A model generated the notes under the pieces. That model saw only the letters and a list, made by a program, of their open reading frames with translations. It did no database searches and was not told the DNA's origin. From Oscillospiraceae bacterium (GTDB lineage Bacteria > Bacillota > Clostridia > Oscillospirales > CAG-272), in contig SVSS01000007.1 in assembly GCA_015064185.1 (NCBI GenBank), forward strand, positions 1,444-65,443: a DNA stretch of 64,000 bases. The letters run 5' to 3'. Positions 33,827 through 42,284 of the stretch are shown here, piece after piece (positions within the stretch are counted from its first letter, which is position 1; the number at the start of each line of letters is the position of its first letter). The position numbers were made by a program, and so were the translations under genes.

Positions 33827-34250
33827 CACCCCCGATTGGGGGTGAACAGAGAATTTCGCGCATTGCGCGGAGTGACCCGTAGGAGAATTTGCCGCGCCGG
33901 GCAAGGCCTCCGACACGGAGGCGGCGCGGCAATGTTTCGCCCTCCTGCGCGTGCCTGTTGTTTGTGGTAATTTTAATGTAACTGCGCTATGCACGCGCCT
34001 CGTTCGATTACGGCCCCTATGGGCCGTCAAAAGAAAAAAGCCACCCAGATTGGGGTGGATGGAGAATTTCGCGCATTTCGCGCGAATATACCCACGCCCT
34101 GCGCCTGGTGTATGCCTTGCGCAGCAAGGCGCACCCCGATCTTTGGGCGGGGTATGCGAACTCCTGTGTGTTGCTTTGCAACACACCTCGTCGATTCGCA
34201 CCGCGAATCGCCAAAAGCAAAAGACCACCCAGATTGGGGTGGTCTTTTGC
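33827..34250. repeat. three degenerate copies of the tRNA-Glu downstream flank, plus a 17-bp duplicate of the tRNA-Glu 3' end
   Basis: The hairpin (C)CACCC(C/A)GATTGGGGTG(G) occurs at 33827-33844, 34041-34058 and 34217-34250. GGAGAATTTCGCGCAT occurs twice. GTGACCCGTAGGAGAAT at 33872-33888 equals tRNA-Glu positions 34256-34272. Confidence 0.75.
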
Positions 34251-34253
34251 TTT

Positions 34254-34328
34254 TGGTGACCCGTAGGAGAATCGAACTCCTGTTACCGCCGTGAAAGGGC
34301 GGTGTCTTAACCGCTTGACCAACGGGCC
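34254..34328 (-). tRNA. tRNA-Glu (anticodon UUC)
   Basis: Reverse complement GGCCCGTTGGTCAAGCGGTTAAGACACCGCCCTTTCACGGCGGTAACAGGAGTTCGATTCTCCTACGGGTCACCA folds as a clean cloverleaf with anticodon loop CTTTCAC. Confidence 0.92.
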
Positions 34329-34369
34329 TTATTCACAAAATGCGGATCGCTCCGCATTTTGTGCTTTTT

Positions 34370-34446
34370 TGGTAGCGGGAATTGGACTTGAACCCATGAC
34401 CTACCGGGTATGAACCGGTTGCTCTAGCCAACTGAGCTATCCCGCC
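34370..34446 (-). tRNA. tRNA-Met, elongator type (anticodon CAU)
   Basis: Reverse complement GGCGGGATAGCTCAGTTGGCTAGAGCAACCGGTTCATACCCGGTAGGTCATGGGTTCAAGTCCAATTCCCGCTACCA. Anticodon loop TTCATAC. One G-U at 1:72 and one G/A mismatch in the T stem. Confidence 0.8.
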
Positions 34447-34476
34447 ACATTGATGCGTTTTTCACAACGCTTGAAC

Positions 34477-34505
34477 ATTATATCATAAGCCATTACGTTT
34501 GTCAA
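34477..34505 (-). promoter_or_regulatory. consensus promoter (TTGACA-17-TATAAT) of the tRNA-Met/tRNA-Glu unit
   Basis: On the minus strand: TTGACA (34505-34500), 17-nt spacer, TATAAT (34482-34477). Confidence 0.8.
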
Positions 34506-34622
34506 CACTTTTTTTCGAAAAATCAGAAAAAATTTTTCGCTTGCTAAAGCGCATTTTTTGCTTGTCGCTCTTGCGTGTTTTTTAAATGTATGTTATACTG
34601 AAAAAAGTAACAAAAGGGAGGT

Positions 34623-35750
34623 GTGAGTGTGAAAAAATATAGATTGCGCGTGGGGCTTGATGTGGATGATATTCTTTATGATTGTAACGCGTATGCTCTG
34701 CAATGCTTAAATAAAAGAGAGGGGATCGCACCGCCTCTGACCATTTACGATATTCGTGGGTGGGGTACAAGCGGCACGCGCGCCGACGAGCGCATTTCTT
34801 ACTTTAGCGATCCCGAGTTTGTGGCGCATCAGCCCATGTTTGCGGGGGCAAAGGAGTTTGTGCGGCGCTTGTCAAGTGTGGCAGACGTGTTTTTTGTAAC
34901 CGCTGTGCCGCCCGCCTGCATGTCGGCACGTGCGCTGCGGTTAGTTGAGGATTTTCCCGAGATCCCGCCCGAGCACATCCTCATCGGCACGCGAAAGGAT
35001 ATGGTCAATCTTGATATTTTGCTTGATGATGGCGCGCATAATATTACGCGCACACCGGCGACCTATCCGGTGCTGTTCCGCCGCCCGTGGAACACGCATC
35101 TGTCGGGACTTTTGTCGGTCAATTCCTATGAGGATTTCTTGCATTTGGTGGATATGATCTGCCACGCCTTTGCAGATGAGCGCCCGAGTCTTAAAAACGG
35201 CGGTGTGGTTTGCCTTGTCGGCCCCACAGGCAGTAACAAAAATGCCGTGGCAAAGGAGCTTTCCCTGCGGTACGGTATGGTTAAGCCTGCCACTGCCACC
35301 ACGCGCCCCAGGCGCACCGATGAGGAGGACTGTAACTACCGCTTTCTTGACGAGGCCGCCTTTATTGCCGAGCGTGAAGCAGGCGCCTTTCTTGAAACCA
35401 CCGTGTACAGCGGACATTATTTCGGCACCTCAGCCGCAGATATTGACAGCATTGTAAACGCAGGCAAATGCGCCGTGATCCCGATCGATATTTGCGGTGC
35501 GCTGACGCTGAAAAACCGTTACCGTTCGAGGGCACTTACTGTATTTATGCAGCGCGGGCGATACGAGGTCATTCGAGATATTGTTGCGCGTGAGCTTTCG
35601 CCCGATGATAAGACCTGCCGCATACTTTCCCTTGACGATGAATACCGCAACGAGGAGCTTTGCGACGTTGCCGTGAATGCCGACCGAGCACCCCGCTGTG
35701 TTGCCGAGGATATTGTTGTAATCTGCCAAGAAACAGGCGCTCTTTCGTGA
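34623..35750 (+). CDS. 5'(3')-deoxyribonucleotidase (NT5C/HAD) - guanylate kinase-like fusion protein
   Basis: N-terminal half: GLDVDDILYD (DxD) and ILLDDGAHN, of NT5C type. C-terminal half: GPTGSNKN P-loop variant and TTRPRRTDEEDCNYRFLDEAAFIAEREAGAFLETTVYSGHYFGT, the guanylate-kinase signature. GTG start after AGGGAGG. Confidence 0.7.
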   Translation: MSVKKYRLRVGLDVDDILYDCNAYALQCLNKREGIAPPLTIYDIRGWGTSGTRADERISYFSDPEFVAHQPMFAGAKEFVRRLSSVADVFFVTAVPPACMSARALRLVEDFPEIPPEHILIGTRKDMVNLDILLDDGAHNITRTPATYPVLFRRPWNTHLSGLLSVNSYEDFLHLVDMICHAFADERPSLKNGGVVCLVGPTGSNKNAVAKELSLRYGMVKPATATTRPRRTDEEDCNYRFLDEAAFIAEREAGAFLETTVYSGHYFGTSAADIDSIVNAGKCAVIPIDICGALTLKNRYRSRALTVFMQRGRYEVIRDIVARELSPDDKTCRILSLDDEYRNEELCDVAVNADRAPRCVAEDIVVICQETGALS

Positions 35751-35787
35751 TAAATTTATGTTATAAATAAAAATTAACTAAAAGTGC

Positions 35788-35816
35788 TTGACATTTGCAT
35801 AATTATGCGGTATAAT
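35788..35816 (+). promoter_or_regulatory. consensus promoter (TTGACA-17-TATAAT) with the embedded palindrome GCATAATTATGC
   Basis: TTGACA at 35788-35793, TATAAT at 35811-35816. A 12-bp perfect palindrome at 35797-35808 lies inside the spacer. Confidence 0.75.
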
Positions 35817-35866
35817 TGCAAAAGCCGAAAGGTTAATTTATTACTTAATATGAGAGGATCATTGCT

Positions 35867-36763
35867 ATGAAAAAGATTGTAGCCTTAACGCTCGCCGTGC
35901 TGATGCTTCTGACCACTGTGGTCGCATTTGCATCCTGCGGCAAAAAGAATGACGATTTCGTTGCAACTGACGCTGTCGACCTGCTCAAAGAGGACTTCGG
36001 TATCGGTGTAAAGAAGAACTGCCCCGATCTGCTTGCTGCTGTTAATGCCGTTGTTGACGAGTGGGTCACTAACGGTAAAATGGCTAAGTACGAGGAGTAC
36101 TACACCAAGCTTGCCGACTACGCCGAGAACGGCGGCACCGCTCCCGAGGCAGGCGACCTGCAGGTAAGCTGGGACTTCGGCTCCGCTACCGAGGTGATCA
36201 CGGTCTACACCGAGTCCGGCTTCGCTCCCTTTGAGTTCATCTACAATGAGGCTGTTACCGGGCTTGATATGGCTATTATGAGCCAGGTTGCCGTAAACAT
36301 GGGCAAGAAGATCGAGATCAAGGACGTTTTGTTTGACTCCATCCCCACCTCCGTGCAGAGTGACAGCGGTCTTGCCGTTGCTGCAGCAGGCCTCACCATC
36401 AATGAGGAGCGCGCTGATATGATGGATTTCTCCAACGTATACTACAGCTCCACGCTCGTTATCGTTTCCGATAAGGAAGCGCCCATCACCAGCGTAAAGG
36501 ATCTTGCAGGCAAGAAGGTAGGCGTGCAGCAGGGCACCAGCGGTGACCTGATCATCACTGCCGCTGCAGGTGCTGAGGGCTACTCCTACGTAACCGAGGA
36601 TGCACAGGGTGCAGAGGTTACCGTTGTGGTAAAGGCTGCTAATGCAGAGGTAAAGCAGTATGAGAAGTACGCAATGGCTCTGGCTGATCTGAAGGCAGGC
36701 CGTATCGACGCTATCCTGATGGATAAGCTGCCTGCACAGACCATGCTTGCAGGTACAAACTGA
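35867..36763 (+). CDS. amino-acid ABC transporter substrate-binding lipoprotein (SBP_bac_3 type, apparently circularly permuted)
   Basis: Lipobox VAFASCGKK. ITVYTESGFAPFEF, AAAGLTINEERADMMDFSNVYY and RIDAILMD are family-3 SBP motifs. The segment that normally ends the fold (FGIGVKKNCPDLLAAVNAVVDEWVTNGKMAKYEEYY) sits at the N-terminus. Confidence 0.8.
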   Translation: MKKIVALTLAVLMLLTTVVAFASCGKKNDDFVATDAVDLLKEDFGIGVKKNCPDLLAAVNAVVDEWVTNGKMAKYEEYYTKLADYAENGGTAPEAGDLQVSWDFGSATEVITVYTESGFAPFEFIYNEAVTGLDMAIMSQVAVNMGKKIEIKDVLFDSIPTSVQSDSGLAVAAAGLTINEERADMMDFSNVYYSSTLVIVSDKEAPITSVKDLAGKKVGVQQGTSGDLIITAAAGAEGYSYVTEDAQGAEVTVVVKAANAEVKQYEKYAMALADLKAGRIDAILMDKLPAQTMLAGTN

Positions 36764-36830
36764 TCAAAGCACAGTGAAATAAAATTGGTGAGCGAGCAAT
36801 ACTCTCGCTCACCTTTTTCAAGGGGAATTT

Positions 36831-37544
36831 ATGGAACAGTTATGGACGCGGTTTAGCAAGGCCTTCTTGGTGCAGAACCGTTGGAAAATGTATTTTGAGG
36901 GCCTTGGCAATACATTGCTGATCGCCTTGATAGCGGCCCTGATCGGTATTACCATCGGTGTCGTGATGGCGATGGTAAACTACATCAATAAAAAAACGGG
37001 GAAATTGAAGATCGCCACCAAGATCTGCAATTTCTACATTACCGTTGTGCGCGGTACGCCTGTCGTGCTGCAGCTGATGATCTTATACTTTGTCGTGTTT
37101 GCCTTTTGGGATAACGGTATTATGATCGGTGCCATCACCTTCGGTCTTAACTCCGGTGCATACGTGGCGGAGATCGCACGTGCGGGCTTTGAAAGCGTAG
37201 ATGACGGACAAATGGAGGCAGGTCGCTCGCTCGGTCTTTCCACCTGGCAGACCATGCGCACCATCATTATTCCGCAGGCGGTGCGCAACTGCTTGCCGCC
37301 CCTGTTTAACGAGTTTATTATGCTTGTTAAGGAGACCTCCATCGTTGGTTACGTTGGCATTTACGACCTTGGTAAGATCCCCGGACTGATTCAGTCGCGT
37401 ACCTTTGACTATCTGTTTCCGCTTTTGATCGCGGCAGTGCTGTATCTCGTTGTGGTGCTAGCGCTGACAAGAGTGCTGCATATGATCGAAAAGAGAATGG
37501 CGAAGAGTGACCGAAATGCGGGAGGTGCGACAAATGGAAAATAA
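36831..37544 (+). CDS. amino-acid ABC transporter permease (His/Glu/Gln/Arg/opine family)
   Basis: 5-TM permease with the EAA-loop region [30 protein letters not shown]. Confidence 0.88.
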   Translation: MEQLWTRFSKAFLVQNRWKMYFEGLGNTLLIALIAALIGITIGVVMAMVNYINKKTGKLKIATKICNFYITVVRGTPVVLQLMILYFVVFAFWDNGIMIGAITFGLNSGAYVAEIARAGFESVDDGQMEAGRSLGLSTWQTMRTIIIPQAVRNCLPPLFNEFIMLVKETSIVGYVGIYDLGKIPGLIQSRTFDYLFPLLIAAVLYLVVVLALTRVLHMIEKRMAKSDRNAGGATNGK

Positions 37545-38340
37545 CGTTTTGATCAGTGTCAAGGACCTCTCTAAAAGCTTTGGTGAGCTTGAGGTGTTAA
37601 AGTCTGTTTCCATTGATATCAAGGCGGGCGAAAAGGTGGTCATCATCGGCGCCTCCGGCTCGGGTAAGAGCACGCTTTTGCGTTGCCTGAACTGCCTTGA
37701 GGACCCCACGGGCGGCGAGATCATTTTTGAAAATGAAAATATTGCCGACCCGCACGTAGATATCAATATCCACCGTCAGAAGATGGGTATGGTATTCCAG
37801 CAGTTCAACCTGTTTAACAACAAGACCGTGCTTGAAAATATCACCCTTGCCCCCGTGATGGTGCGTATGCAGAAGCTGCGCCGCCAAAAGCGCTTGGCGC
37901 TGTTCGGCAAGGCGGAAAAGCCTACCGAGACCAAGGCGCAGATCCTTGCCGAGGAGCGGGAAAAGGCAATGGCCCTGCTTGCCCGTATCGGCCTTGCCGA
38001 AAAGGCTGAAGCGTATCCCTCTACGCTTTCGGGCGGTCAGAAGCAGCGTATCGCTATCGTGCGTGCGCTTGCGATGAACCCCAAGGTGATGCTGTTTGAC
38101 GAGCCTACCTCCGCTCTTGACCCCGAAATGGTCGGTGAGGTGTTGGATCTGATGAAGGAGCTTGCCAACGAGGGCATGACGATGGCGATCGTTACGCACG
38201 AAATGGGCTTTGCCCGAGAGGTTGCGGACCGCATCATCTTTATGGATGGCGGCGTGATCGCCGAGGAGGGCACCCCCGAGGCGTTGTTCGGCAATCCCAA
38301 AAACGTGCGCCTGCAGGCATTTCTTGCAAAAGTACTTTAA
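37534..38340 (+). CDS. amino-acid ABC transporter ATP-binding protein
   Basis: Walker [10 protein letters not shown], signature LSGGQKQR, Walker [12 protein letters not shown]. There is a ~25-aa insertion ([25 protein letters not shown]) relative to GlnQ-type proteins. The ATG at 37534 follows GGGAGGTG. Confidence 0.9.
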   Translation: MENNVLISVKDLSKSFGELEVLKSVSIDIKAGEKVVIIGASGSGKSTLLRCLNCLEDPTGGEIIFENENIADPHVDINIHRQKMGMVFQQFNLFNNKTVLENITLAPVMVRMQKLRRQKRLALFGKAEKPTETKAQILAEEREKAMALLARIGLAEKAEAYPSTLSGGQKQRIAIVRALAMNPKVMLFDEPTSALDPEMVGEVLDLMKELANEGMTMAIVTHEMGFAREVADRIIFMDGGVIAEEGTPEALFGNPKNVRLQAFLAKVL

Positions 38341-38342
38341 TA

Positions 38343-38372
38343 AAAAAAGAGCAGCAACGCTGCTCTTTTTTT
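38343..38372. terminator. bidirectional terminator after the ABC operon
   Basis: AAAAAAGAGCAGC-AAC-GCTGCTCTTTTTT. Confidence 0.85.
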
Positions 38373-38503
38373 GCTGAATCTGTATCAAAGGCACCGCAGG
38401 GCAGGAGGGATTTGGATGCAGAAGCCCCGACCTCGGTGCGAGAGCTGTATTCAATACAGCGAGTGCCGAGATCGGGGGTAAAAAACACGCATATAATAAA
38501 AAC

Positions 38504-38523
38504 GGGCGATTCGTGAATCGCCC
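38504..38523 (-). terminator. probable trpB terminator (minus strand)
   Basis: GGGCGATTC-GT-GAATCGCCC, followed on the minus strand by GTTTTT. Confidence 0.6.
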
Positions 38524-38640
38524 TACAAAGGAACCGCTTTCTCCCCCACTTGCGCAAGAGAGAAAAGCGGTTATTTTTGTTCGCACTATAAATAATTAAA
38601 ACGTGTGTTTTTGGTCGGCGCCAAAGGCACCTGCCCTCAC

Positions 38641-39861
38641 TCATCGGATACCGTAATTTTCGATGATATAATCCATATCCTTATCGCCTCTGCCCGAGAG
38701 GTTGATGAGCACAGAGCCGTGGTCCATCTTTTGCGCCAGCTTCATACCGTAAGCCACGGCATGTGAGCTTTCAATGGCGGGAATAATACCCTCAAGGCGC
38801 GCTAAGCGATAGAAGGCATCGATCGTTTCTTCATCGTTGATAACATCGTATTTGACGCGCCCGATCTCCTGCAAAAAGGCATGCTCAGGGCCGCTTGAGG
38901 GGTAGTCAAGACCGCTTGCCACAGAGTAAACAGGTGCGGGATCGCCATTTTCATCCTTTAACATGATGCTGTTAAAGCCATGCATAATGCCCTCGGTGCC
39001 GTATTTGAGGCTTGCGGCGTGATCGCCCAGCTTTTCGCCTCTGCCAAGAGGCTCAATGCCGTAAATATCCACGGGGTCATTGAGGAACCCTGCAAAAAGT
39101 CCTGCGGCATTGGAGCCGCCGCCCACGCACGCAACGATCGCAGAGGGCAGATGCCCCGTCATATCGATAAATTGCTCTCTTGCTTCAATGCCGACAACGC
39201 TTTGGAAATCGCGCACCATCATGGGGAAGGGGTGCGGGCCAAGAACAGAGCCGATGCAGTAAATAGCATCCTCGTATTCGCGGCTGTAAGCATCAAAGGC
39301 AGCGTCTACTGCTTCCTTCAGGGTCTGAAGACCGTGCGTGACCTCAATGACGTTTGCGCCAAGGATCTTCATGCGGGCAACGTTGGGTGCTTGCTTTTTG
39401 ATGTCCACAGCGCCCATGTAGATGTCACACTTTAAGCCGAAGTATGCGGCGGCGGTAGCAAGCGCCACGCCGTGCTGTCCTGCGCCCGTTTCAGCAATGA
39501 CCTTTTTCTTGCCCATAAATTTGGCAAGCAGAGCCTCACCCATGCAGTGGTTTAATTTGTGCGCGCCCGAATGGTTCAGATCCTCGCGCTTGGCGTAAAG
39601 CTGTACCTTGCCACCCATCGCATCGGAAAGACGCTCAAGGTGTGTAACGGGTGTGGGTCTGCCCTGAAATTCCTTGCGGATCCTGCGCAGCTCGGCAATA
39701 AACTTGCGCGATTGGCAGATCGAATAGTAAGCCTCGGTGATCTCAGCCATGGCGCGCTTTAGCTTGTCCTCAACAAATACACCGCCGTATTTTCCGAAAT
39801 AGCCGTTTTTATCGGGATAGTTGTTAAAATAAGTAGCAAAGTCAATGTTGTTCAGCTTCAT
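38641..39861 (-). CDS. trpB: tryptophan synthase beta chain
   Basis: [11 protein letters not shown], the PLP-lysine motif HSGAHKLNH, and GGGSNAAG. Start at 39861 (MKLNNIDF) after GGAGAA. The ORF-track extension to 39981 runs into the T-box. Confidence 0.9.
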   Translation of the reverse strand: MKLNNIDFATYFNNYPDKNGYFGKYGGVFVEDKLKRAMAEITEAYYSICQSRKFIAELRRIRKEFQGRPTPVTHLERLSDAMGGKVQLYAKREDLNHSGAHKLNHCMGEALLAKFMGKKKVIAETGAGQHGVALATAAAYFGLKCDIYMGAVDIKKQAPNVARMKILGANVIEVTHGLQTLKEAVDAAFDAYSREYEDAIYCIGSVLGPHPFPMMVRDFQSVVGIEAREQFIDMTGHLPSAIVACVGGGSNAAGLFAGFLNDPVDIYGIEPLGRGEKLGDHAASLKYGTEGIMHGFNSIMLKDENGDPAPVYSVASGLDYPSSGPEHAFLQEIGRVKYDVINDEETIDAFYRLARLEGIIPAIESSHAVAYGMKLAQKMDHGSVLINLSGRGDKDMDYIIENYGIR

Positions 39862-39874
39862 TTTTATATTCTCC

Positions 39875-40199
39875 TCAAAGTAATCAATTTTTGTGCGGGA
39901 AACAAAAAACGCCCCCGACAGAATACCTAAATACTCTCTCAAGGACGAATAAGAAATCTTATCCGCGGTGCCACCTTGCATTCATAGAAAACTCTATGCG
40001 CTTTTCAGGATACATCTATATCCTTGGCAATCACGCCTGCCTTTCGCGTCGCAGAATACTGGGCAAAGCATAGCTTTGCTGTTGACTGCGCCCTCAGCGG
40101 TCCATTTGACAACCTGTTTCTTACCTAACTTTCAGCGACGTAGGCTCTCTGTAAAGGCATAGCTGCCGTTATCTCCGCGTCAACGGTTTACTTATCTAT
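39875..40199 (-). promoter_or_regulatory. T-box riboswitch leader, probable Trp (UGG) specifier
   Basis: The minus strand reads ...CAGAGAGCC... (GA/K-turn), ...GUCAAAUGGACCGCUGAG... (candidate specifier UGG, complement of plus-strand 40102-40104, followed by A), and the T-box sequence AAGGUGGCACCGCGG (complement of plus-strand 39964-39978). A T-run lies near 39903-39908. Confidence 0.75.
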
Positions 40200-40205
40200 G
40201 TGGTC

Positions 40206-40235
40206 ATTATAGCACCTGTCAGCCCCGCTTGTCAA
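40206..40235 (-). promoter_or_regulatory. promoter of the T-box/trpB unit (TTGACA-18-TATAAT)
   Basis: Minus strand: TTGACA (40235-40230) and TATAAT (40211-40206). Confidence 0.7.
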
Positions 40236-40334
40236 TACCCCAAGATAAAATTTTTATTTTGCCAACCTTCTTGCATTGACAGGCGGGCATTTTGTGTTTA
40301 TACTAATAGTAGCAAGAAATATAAGGAGAGGGTT

Positions 40335-41009
40335 ATGGAAGCTAAAATCACGGTACGTGACCTTTTTGACCTATCATGTTCTATTATAGGTGAGCGCCTT
40401 TCTGTCTTTACCTACCCGCATGAGGCGTTGCCGCACATTGGAAAGTGGATCGAGGAGATCGGTGCTACGCTTGATCCCTTGAAATACGATCATCCAAGCG
40501 AAGGTGTTTGGATCGCAAAGAGCGCCGAGGTTGCCCCAAGCGTGCAAATAGAAGGCCCTGCTATTGTTTGTGAGGGTGCAAAGCTCAGGCATTGTGCATA
40601 TCTGCGCGCCAACGTTATCGTTGGGGCAGACGCAACCGTTGGCAATTCCTCGGAGATCAAAAATGCCATTTTGTTTGACGGCGCACAGGTGCCGCACTTC
40701 AATTATGTGGGGGATAGCATTCTCGGTCATCGCGCGCATCTTGGCGCCGCCGCGATCCTGTCGAATTTCCGCGGTGACGGCGCAAATATCACCGTGCGTG
40801 CGGGCGAGCTTGTGCTTGAAACCGGCATGCGCAAGGTAGGCGCCTTCATCGGCGATTTTGGAGAGATCGGTTGCGGTTGTGTGCTGAATCCCGGTACAGT
40901 GGTGGGAAGGCGCGCCATGATATATCCGCTATCCTCGGTGCGCGGCTTCGTGCCCGAGCAGCACATCTATAAAGACAAGGATACTGTTGTGCCGCGCGTG
41001 ATGGAGTAA
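40335..41009 (+). CDS. left-handed beta-helix (hexapeptide-repeat) transferase, GlmU C-terminal-like
   Basis: Repeating [LIV]-G-x4 hexapeptides (VIVGADATVGNSSEIKNAILFDGAQVPHFNYVGDSILGHRAHLGAAAIL...). The ATG at 40335 follows AAGGAGAGG. A TTGACA-17-TATACT promoter lies at 40276-40304. Confidence 0.65.
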   Translation: MEAKITVRDLFDLSCSIIGERLSVFTYPHEALPHIGKWIEEIGATLDPLKYDHPSEGVWIAKSAEVAPSVQIEGPAIVCEGAKLRHCAYLRANVIVGADATVGNSSEIKNAILFDGAQVPHFNYVGDSILGHRAHLGAAAILSNFRGDGANITVRAGELVLETGMRKVGAFIGDFGEIGCGCVLNPGTVVGRRAMIYPLSSVRGFVPEQHIYKDKDTVVPRVME

Positions 41010-41064
41010 ACAATAAATACTAAAGCAAAAAATGTAAGCAAAAGTGTATAAACGGAGGCTAATT

Positions 41065-42075
41065 ATGAAGGTTTTGCTAACGGGTGGTGCCGGGTACATC
41101 GGCACGCACACGATCATTGAAATGGATGCCGCAGGCCATGAGGTCGTGGTAGTAGATAATTTTTACAATAGCTGCCCCGAGGCAGTAAAAAGGGTAGAGC
41201 AGATCATTGGCAAAAAGGTGCCGCTTTACGAGGCTGATGTTGCCGATGAGGCGGCGCTTGACCGCATCTTCTCGGAGCATAAGATAGATGCCGTGGTGCA
41301 TTTTGCAGGCTATAAGGCGGTTGGCGAATCGGTAAGAAAGCCGATCGACTATTACAACAATAATATCAACTCCACCCTGTCGCTGTTGCGCGCTATGAAA
41401 AAAGCGGGCGTGAAAAAGCTGATCTTCAGCTCCTCGGCGACTGTATACGGCAATCCCGAGAAGTGCCCCATTACCGAGGATAGCAAAACAGGGAATTGTT
41501 CAAACCCCTATGGCTGGACCAAATATATGATCGAGGTGATCCTTCGCGATTACTGTGTGGCAGACCCCGACATGCAGGTGGTGCTGCTTCGCTATTTCAA
41601 TCCCGTTGGTGCGCATGAAAGCGGTATGATCGGCGAGGATCCAAACGGTATCCCGAACAACCTCATGCCTTATATTACGCAGGTGGCAGTTGGTAAGCTA
41701 AAGGAGCTTTCTGTGTTTGGTAACGACTACCCAACGCCTGATGGTACCGGCGTGCGTGACTTTATCCATGTGGTGGATCTTGCGCGCGGCCATGTGGCGG
41801 CACTCGGCTACCAAAAGAAGGGGGCTGAGGTCTTTAATCTCGGCACAGGCACGGGTTATAGTGTCCTTGACATGGTAAAGACGTTTGCAAGAGTCAACGG
41901 TGTGCCCGTGCCGTATAAGATCGGCCCGCGCCGCCCAGGCGATATTGCCGCCTGCTATGCAGATCCCGCTAAGGCAAAGCAGGAGCTTGGATGGGAGGCT
42001 CAGCACGATCTTTGTGATATGGTGCGCGATGCCTTTAGATGGCAATCGAATAACCCCAACGGCTATCAAGGTTAA
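41065..42075 (+). CDS. galE: UDP-glucose 4-epimerase
   Basis: MKVLLTGGAGYIGTH Rossmann motif, SSSATVYG, and PYGWTK (YxxxK). Confidence 0.92.
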   Translation: MKVLLTGGAGYIGTHTIIEMDAAGHEVVVVDNFYNSCPEAVKRVEQIIGKKVPLYEADVADEAALDRIFSEHKIDAVVHFAGYKAVGESVRKPIDYYNNNINSTLSLLRAMKKAGVKKLIFSSSATVYGNPEKCPITEDSKTGNCSNPYGWTKYMIEVILRDYCVADPDMQVVLLRYFNPVGAHESGMIGEDPNGIPNNLMPYITQVAVGKLKELSVFGNDYPTPDGTGVRDFIHVVDLARGHVAALGYQKKGAEVFNLGTGTGYSVLDMVKTFARVNGVPVPYKIGPRRPGDIAACYADPAKAKQELGWEAQHDLCDMVRDAFRWQSNNPNGYQG

Positions 42076-42084
42076 AAATAAAAA

Positions 42085-42137
42085 AATGCTCATACAGCGC
42101 GTGCTGCAAGCACACGGTTGCGCTGCATGGGCATTTT
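42085..42137 (+). terminator. terminator after galE
   Basis: Long compound hairpin AATGCTCATACAGCGC-GTGCTGCAAGCAC-..GCGCTGCATGGGCATT followed by TTTT. Confidence 0.7.
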
Positions 42138-42284
42138 CATTTGCTTTGGTATATTCGCACAAGAACGAGAACTCCTTTTTTATCGAATTTATCCCTTGCA
42201 TAAATTACCGAAATATGGTAAAATAATAGTAATAACAGTGCTTTTGACAGCGCGTTATAAAAGACATAGGGGAGGTTTTGACAG

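Noticed and set aside
33102-38586. Minus-strand ORFs 33102-33932 (276 aa) and 37597-38586 (329 aa)
   Set aside because: They are antisense to the 2-hydroxyacid dehydrogenase and the ABC ATPase respectively. They extend into hairpin-repeat or terminator DNA and have no coding signature.
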